A DNA stretch of 33,624 nt from a virus (lineage: Duplodnaviria > Caudoviricetes), in IMG/VR virus record IMGVR_UViG_3300044476_000134, positions 1 to 33,624 of that record. One strand, written 5' to 3'. The notes under the pieces are model-generated. The model was not told the origin of the DNA, made no database searches, and worked only from the letters and a program-made list of their open reading frames with translations. Made by a program: the position numbers and the translations under genes. This document shows, piece by piece, positions 28,323 to 33,624 of this stretch (positions are counted from its first letter, which is position 1; each line of letters begins with the position of its first letter).

Positions 28323-28506
28323 TTTTATATATTTTTTAGTTAATTTTTCGCCCGAACTCTGTCATTCAGTAAACTGCTGTATTTTTTTCCAACTTCGAAA
28401 CACAGTGCCCATCAATCGTTACTGTTTTTTCGCCGGCTTGCAAAACTGCTACGAAACAGCAAAATGCACCTAAGAAAAGGCACCATGTTTACATCGAAAA
28501 AAATGC

Positions 28507-28537
28507 AAAAAAAGGTGGTGAGTTTTCATCACCACCT
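28507..28537 (-). terminator. Rho-independent terminator
   Basis: AGGTGGTGA/TCACCACCT stem followed by a T-run. Confidence 0.75.
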
Positions 28538-28544
28538 ATGTTGG

Positions 28545-28724
28545 CTATAATCGCCATACAAAAGGAATGCCATATTTTATCCACAACCATGTGATTAGTG
28601 CGATAATGGCAATCTTTATGGCGATTACCATAAAGATTGAACCGATAACAATACCTAATAAAGTATCGCCACCCTTAGATTTCTGAGGTGCCTTACCACC
28701 TGGAATAAAATCATTCGCTTTCAA
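28545..28724 (-). CDS. Small membrane protein (59 aa, TTG start, not in the ORF track)
   Basis: ...LLGIVIGSIFMVIAIKIAIIALITWLWIK...; ends just before a terminator. Confidence 0.5.
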   Translation of the reverse strand: MKANDFIPGGKAPQKSKGGDTLLGIVIGSIFMVIAIKIAIIALITWLWIKYGIPFVWRL

Positions 28725-28917
28725 TCATATCCATAATCATGGATTTACATCCTAAGTAGAATTCCCATTCCCATGATGGGATTTGGTCACGAACATATCC
28801 ATCGATATCCTCGATGTCAATGTCAAGTTTGAATAAACCATCATAAACGATGTCATGCAAACGCATTATTTCAGATTTAATCTTTCCCATTTTAGTTAAG
28901 ATTAATGAACCAATCAA
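28711..28917 (-). CDS. Hypothetical protein (start may be MGKIK)
   Basis: In the minus-strand gene string. Confidence 0.55.
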   Translation of the reverse strand: MIGSLILTKMGKIKSEIMRLHDIVYDGLFKLDIDIEDIDGYVRDQIPSWEWEFYLGCKSMIMDMIESE

Positions 28918-29028
28918 TGCGTTGATTATCTTTCGTTATGAATAACAGAAACCAACGATTTCCGTCTTTGAGTTCCATCCCCTCAACAATTTTGAGGGGT
29001 TCATAAGTGTACTCAGGCATGGTTTCAA

Positions 29029-29511
29029 TTATTTCTTACCTTTACCTTTTCCTTTTTTCTCTTCGGAATCTTTTGGAGCCATGTTGTTGTCAGAATACTC
29101 GGTTTCATTTTCGAGATCTTCTTCACTAACACCGGCAGCATTTAAGGCGGCTTTTATTGCAATGGCCTCATCTTCAGTTGGAATCAAATCCTCAAGTGTA
29201 ATGCCCATCAAATCAAGTGTTGATTGTATTTCAACTCTTTTTGATTTCGGCATCATCACCTTAAGTTTTTTCGAAACCTCGATGAATTCATTTTTTAATG
29301 CTTCAACCTTTGCGTCGGTTTGTTCACTGGCACCAATAAGTGCAATCGCTTTGGTAATTGCCCTTAATTCCTGTGGAATTTTGTAACGTCTAACCTGGAG
29401 GTCATAAGATTTGGAACGATCAGTTCCATTGATAACCTTAAGAACTCTAACGTTTGTGTCGTTTTCAACATTCTCACTAAGCCATTCTGTAACAGTTTTG
29501 AAAGTTTTCAT
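29029..29511 (-). CDS. Hypothetical helical protein, paralog 1
   Basis: Start MKTFKTVTEW after the tRNA-like leader; aligns with 30322..30597. Confidence 0.7.
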   Translation of the reverse strand: MKTFKTVTEWLSENVENDTNVRVLKVINGTDRSKSYDLQVRRYKIPQELRAITKAIALIGASEQTDAKVEALKNEFIEVSKKLKVMMPKSKRVEIQSTLDLMGITLEDLIPTEDEAIAIKAALNAAGVSEEDLENETEYSDNNMAPKDSEEKKGKGKGKK

Positions 29512-29529
29512 TTGTATAAGTATTAATAA

Positions 29530-29623
29530 CTGAGCAACATCGCTCATTGTGAAGGAGGTTGGTTTCGCACCCACATCTATGAACTGCCCAACATTGGGTT
29601 CATTTCATTCTTGGACCTCCCTC
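29530..29623 (-). ncRNA. Degenerate full-size tRNA-like element D plus downstream hairpin
   Basis: GAGGGAG/CTCCTTC stem, ATGAAC/GTTCAT arm, GTGGG TGCGAAA CCAAC T-arm, then ACAA-TGAGC GATGTT GCTCA-G. Confidence 0.55.
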
Positions 29624-29946
29624 TATAACTTAATTTGTAAATCTACTTTCATAGTCGATGCGATTACCTCGTTACCAAATCTTTTTTGTATCTCCAACTG
29701 GTGCATGATTCACATCATTCTAGGTCATTGGAGCGCGATTCTTACTACTTCATTGATGATGTACTCGACATCTTCGTTCGCATCTCTCGGCTTTTTGTTA
29801 GGGGTTATTCAATAGATGGGTAAGTTTGTCATCGTTATCACTTACATTAGCCATCATCCGATTTTGATTCGTGGCCCTTACTTTATTCGCCTTGTACTCT
29901 CTACATCCTTGCCCACACCGCGAAGAAGGAGGAAGAGAACCAACCA

Positions 29947-29957
29947 TTCAAAGAACA
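29947..29957 (-). promoter_or_regulatory. boxA-like antitermination site
   Basis: TGTTCTTTGAA downstream of an AT-rich TATATTTA promoter-like tract. Confidence 0.5.
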
Positions 29958-30279
29958 TTAATAATATAATTATTAATATATAAATATAATAATAATAATT
30001 AACAATATATTATTTGTTAAAAATCATTTTTTAAAAGTTATTAACAATTACTTTATCACGATTGTTAACAACTTTCTCATTTTCCGGTCGAAAAGCGACT
30101 GCTCGAAAACATTTGATACTTTTTCGGGATTTCGAAACTCAGTGCTGAGCAATCGTCGCAGTATTACAGGTCACTGGCAAAACGCAGTGATGCGGTTCGC
30201 ACATTCCGCATATATGACAAATTGTCATATTATTTAAATATTAATATATTTAAATAGCTGAATATGTTGACATAATGAC

Positions 30280-30308
30280 AAAAAAAAACCGGTTTTTCAA
30301 CCGGTTTT
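30280..30308 (-). terminator. Rho-independent terminator
   Basis: AAAACCGGTT/AACCGGTTTT stem followed by a T-run after the 30322 gene. Confidence 0.7.
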
Positions 30309-30321
30309 GAGGTGTCGAGGG

Positions 30322-30597
30322 TCATTTTTTAATTTTGTGCATTCCCCTTGATTTAGGAACGAACTGCTTGAGGGCCTTCGCGTTTAATTCGAATTGCTGT
30401 TTGAGGAGAGCCAGTTCAGAATCATCGAGAAGGAGTTTTTTCGCATTTTCGATTTTTCTCAATTTCTGATTAAGGTAATACTGTTCAACTCGCAGTTCGT
30501 GGGTGACGTTCCGGTTAATCGCTTTAAGGATTATTTCCTGAGATTTGGCACTCGGGTTAGAATCGACCCATTCCTGAATAGATGTGAAAGTTTTCAT
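30322..30597 (-). CDS. Hypothetical helical protein, paralog 2
   Basis: Start MKTFTSIQEW; aligns with 29029..29511. Confidence 0.7.
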   Translation of the reverse strand: MKTFTSIQEWVDSNPSAKSQEIILKAINRNVTHELRVEQYYLNQKLRKIENAKKLLLDDSELALLKQQFELNAKALKQFVPKSRGMHKIKK

Positions 30598-30669
30598 TTT
30601 TTTAATTTTTAAGTTTTCGAATTTGAATTCCTCTCGGGTGACCCGATGAGGTTTGTGCTTATTCCAGAG

Positions 30670-30683
30670 TGTCAAAGAACGCA
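30670..30683 (-). promoter_or_regulatory. boxA-like antitermination site
   Basis: TGCGTTCTTTGACA followed by the CCTC-A-TCGGG TCA CCCGA-GAGG hairpin. Confidence 0.55.
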
Positions 30684-30921
30684 TAATTAATTAATAATTA
30701 TATTTAAATATAAAACTTTTTTATTAATTAAAAAAATTTTTTATAATTATTTTCACAGTAACTGTGATGAATCGACACCCGAGTTTAATTAACTATAAAA
30801 TAAAAATATAATATATTACTGATATCAGTAAAAGATGTCTCAAGCGTTTTGTCCCGCGCCCGCGTAATATAATAAAAAAAATTCATATAAAAAAATATTT
30901 CATCATTTATTTTCATAAAAG

Positions 30922-30953
30922 TTATTAACAATTTTATTAACAGTTTATTAACA
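30922..30953 (+). repeat. Three tandem TTATTAACA boxes (DnaA-box-like or iterons)
   Basis: Copies at 30922, 30934 and 30945; another at 30038; variant TTGTTAACA at 30062. Confidence 0.6.
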
Positions 30954-31294
30954 TATACAGATATTTAAATATATTAATAATATGACATAATGACACAGCT
31001 GCTGATGACACATTGTCATGGACGCTGGAGGACTGCGGGCGAATGGATTTTTTTACTGTTGATTTTTAACAGTAACAGACTGGGTATGCCATACATGGTT
31101 AGGAAATGATAGGGATTACCGATCCCTAGATGGCCGCCTCCACAATTTTCTTAATAACAGATGTTCCTAAACTGAATACCTGTAATCCCTTAACAGTTTT
31201 TTAATTCATATTTAATTAATTCTTAACACCCTTAACAAATATTTAACATCGCACGATTATATAAAATACGTAAAAGAATATATAGATTATAAAA

Positions 31295-31710
31295 GTTTGA
31301 GTGATACATCAGTCCTGTATGCAGGATAGGCCAAACATACTCAATGGGAATATCCAAGTCCCGAACAACACACTGATAGGCACCCCGCAGGAAGATCGCA
31401 AGTCTTCTGTATGTGGCAGAGAGCCTCGAGAACTCTCTGCCATTGTGAAGGGTAGTTATAGTACATCATCGTAAAAATACCAGGCAACGGCAATTAGCAA
31501 GATAACGACCTGGACCTACAAACCGAAAGGATGCCTTACAAGCTTACGATGCCGCAAGGGACGGGACACTTGTACATAGCTCGGGGTTAAGTTGGTGCAT
31601 GCTTATGTAAACTTAATCCATACTATAAATAGAGAGCGATAGACACTGCTTGATAAAACAAGAATGATGTGTCTATACTATTTGTAGGGATAGGCTTGCT
31701 ACGCCGTTTT
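31295..31710 (+). ncRNA. Large structured noncoding RNA candidate (~410 nt)
   Basis: GC-enriched tract with no ORF in the track, after AATATATA at 31277; more than ten helices, GNRA loops and two crossing pairings. Confidence 0.75.
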
Positions 31711-31718
31711 GATTATAG

Positions 31719-31736
31719 AATATATACTAAAATAAA
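31719..31736 (+). promoter_or_regulatory. AATATATACTAAAATAAA motif before terS
   Basis: Identical to the copy at 7572. Confidence 0.72.
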
Positions 31737-31742
31737 GATAGC

Positions 31743-32090
31743 ATGGATAATTCAAAGATTATATCCTTAATCAAAGAAGCTTTAAAATCAAAAGGTCAGT
31801 ACGAAGATATTGATGATACATTACTTACTGAATTAGTATTCAATATAGAAATGGCAGAAGAGTGTCGTGCCAATATTAAAGCAGAAGGAATAAGGATTAA
31901 TGTAACAACACGTAAGGGTAAGAAACCTTACTATGTAAAGAACCAATCGTATGTAATATACCTTACTGTAATTAAAACTATAACTTCTATATTAGCGGAC
32001 TTAGGTTTAACACCAAGAGAAAGAAACAAAATCAAATCTGCAATAACTGAAGAAGACCAATTTAGTATATCATCAAAAGATTATGAATAG
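31743..32090 (+). CDS. terS: Terminase small subunit (P27 family-like)
   Basis: IKAEGI...VKNQS...LADLGLTPRERNKI; overlaps the terL start. Confidence 0.88.
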   Translation: MDNSKIISLIKEALKSKGQYEDIDDTLLTELVFNIEMAEECRANIKAEGIRINVTTRKGKKPYYVKNQSYVIYLTVIKTITSILADLGLTPRERNKIKSAITEEDQFSISSKDYE

Positions 32091-33624
32091 ACGTTTAACA
32101 GAGAAAGAGTATATAGATCATTGTTGGACGTTAGTTGAACATTATATATATGGTGTAAGAGCAGGAGAAATTAAGGTTGGTAAATATATAAAACTTGCTA
32201 TAGAACGTTATAAAGCCGATATAAATCGTAAAGATCTTGAATATAAAGTGAAGAAAGTAGATAAGGTATTTGCTTTCTTTTCTTATCTTAATATAGAACT
32301 TAACAATGAATGGATTCAATTTCCTTTAATGGATTGGCAATGTTTCTTCATAGCAGCAATATTTGGATTCTATAATAAAGGTACAGATAAAAGAAAATAT
32401 AACGAAGGATTTCTTTTCATAGGTAAAGGAAATGGAAAAACTCCATTTGCTTCAGCATTACAATTATACGGGATGCTTTGGGACGGTATGACAACACCAC
32501 AAAGTTTATTAATAGCTAATACAGGTAAACAGGCTTTGAATGCCCTAAATTACGCGAAAGGTATTATCTTAAACACGAATGCACTTAGACCTAGATTACT
32601 TGGACAGAGATATAGGATTATATTCGACCAAAGAAAAAATAAATCAATGGGGTTTTGTGAGATCATGTCCGCTGTTGATCCTGCAAGACTGCATGGGTAT
32701 CGTCCAACTATGGCAATCATAGATGAAATCCACGGATTTAAAGATGGAAAAGCAGTAGATGCAATACGATCTGGTATTGAAAAGACCTTTAATAGTTTAA
32801 TGTTAATCATAACAACTGCAGGAAATAAGGATTATCCATATTGTCAAGAGTATTTAGAGTATCACAAAAAGATACTTGAAGGAACATATGTTAATGAAAC
32901 TTCATTTGGATTGATATACCAATTAGATCCTGAAGACGATTTAGCCGACGATTCATGTTGGATTAAATCAAATCCTTCATTAGGTACATTGCTCCAAATA
33001 GAAGATATGAAGAAATCTTTTAACAATGCTATCCATAGTTTGGAAACAAGATATGAATTCTATACAATGCGACTTAATATATTCTGGGAAACACCAGATA
33101 CTTGGATTCCAGAAGATACTATTAAACCTTGTTTTGAAAAAATAGATTATAAAAAATTAGTTGGTAGGGATTGTTGGTTAGGAATGGACTTATCACGTAC
33201 ATCAGACTTATCATCCATAGTGATGTTTTTCCATATAGAAGAGGAAGATAGGTTCATTGCTATACCATATTTTTGGTTTGCAAATAGGCCTAAAGATGAA
33301 CAAAGAAAGAACGGGCGTTCTTTAACAACCTGGATTAGGGATGGTTATATTACTAAATGTAAGACTCAAGTAATAGATTTAGATCAAATATTTGATAAGA
33401 TTGTTGAGTTAAATAGTAACTTTAATATTCAATGTGTTTATTATGATAGATATAATGCTATACATCTTAACCAGAAATTGAAAGATCATGGCATTCCATG
33501 CCAAGAATTTCCACAAACTGCTATGAGATTTAATGCTCCACTTAAAATGTTGGAACAATTCATATATGAAAAAAGGATTACGTTTGATAATAATCCAGTT
33601 TTGTTATGGAATTTTAGTAATGTT
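32083..33624 (+). CDS. terL: Terminase large subunit, N-terminal part (~569 aa across the join; not in the ORF track)
   Basis: ATG at 32083; WQCF, Walker A GKGNGKT, Walker B AIIDEIH, LIITTAG, WIKSNPSLG, GMDLSRTSDL; open to the window end. Confidence 0.95.
   Translation, partial: MNRRLTEKEYIDHCWTLVEHYIYGVRAGEIKVGKYIKLAIERYKADINRKDLEYKVKKVDKVFAFFSYLNIELNNEWIQFPLMDWQCFFIAAIFGFYNKGTDKRKYNEGFLFIGKGNGKTPFASALQLYGMLWDGMTTPQSLLIANTGKQALNALNYAKGIILNTNALRPRLLGQRYRIIFDQRKNKSMGFCEIMSAVDPARLHGYRPTMAIIDEIHGFKDGKAVDAIRSGIEKTFNSLMLIITTAGNKDYPYCQEYLEYHKKILEGTYVNETSFGLIYQLDPEDDLADDSCWIKSNPSLGTLLQIEDMKKSFNNAIHSLETRYEFYTMRLNIFWETPDTWIPEDTIKPCFEKIDYKKLVGRDCWLGMDLSRTSDLSSIVMFFHIEEEDRFIAIPYFWFANRPKDEQRKNGRSLTTWIRDGYITKCKTQVIDLDQIFDKIVELNSNFNIQCVYYDRYNAIHLNQKLKDHGIPCQEFPQTAMRFNAPLKMLEQFIYEKRITFDNNPVLLWNFSNV
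33265..33624. repeat. Terminal direct repeat, right copy
   Basis: Matches 1-360. Confidence 0.97.

Noticed and set aside
28577-28585. Perfect E. coli DnaA box TTATCCACA
   Set aside because: Single copy inside a likely coding sequence; probably chance.
29623-29832. Minus-strand 69-codon frame with three in-frame TGA, suggesting stop-codon recoding
   Set aside because: Other genes, including terL and those with ATGA overlaps, end at TGA, and long genes have no internal TGA. More likely leader RNA, a pseudogene or chance.
31295-31710. RNase P RNA, tmRNA or group I/II intron identity for the large RNA
   Set aside because: No GAGGAAAGTCC P4 motif, no tRNA-like ends, no recognisable P7 or domain V, and it interrupts no gene.
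1152-32810. Antisense or alternate-frame short ORFs (e.g. 1152, 1324, 2160, 2731, 3099, 5259, 8260, 9999, 12956, 27382, 27642, 29081, 30394, 32131, 32550)
   Set aside because: They overlap well-supported genes, lack motifs and look like shadow ORFs.
33265-33624. Biological terminal repeat (T7-like DTR)
   Set aside because: It falls in the middle of terL and the packaging genes are cos-type; best explained as assembly overlap.

Overview
The window is an apparently complete, circularly permuted ~33.26-kb AT-rich siphovirus-like genome: 1-360 repeats at 33265-33624 and the terminase gene runs through the join. The plus strand carries an HK97-type head/tail/lysis cluster: terS, terL, portal, protease, two capsid paralogs, neck, tail tube, frameshifted chaperone, tape measure, tail fibre, a GIY-YIG homing endonuclease and a holin. 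The minus strand (~21.9-30.6 kb) carries accessory genes with Bacteroidota-style lipoprotein signals and no Shine-Dalgarno sequences. I recognise no replication, integrase, repressor or endolysin gene. Most notable: (1) a T4 gp55-like late sigma factor with a repeated AATATATA promoter-like motif; (2) a ~410-nt pseudoknotted noncoding RNA candidate just upstream of terS; (3) covarying tRNA-mimic elements and a hammerhead-like ribozyme that could cut the accessory transcript into mRNAs with 5' hairpins; (4) two tandem capsid genes; (5) D-x-S enrichment in virion proteins. All family assignments are by-eye motif recognition; no searches were run.
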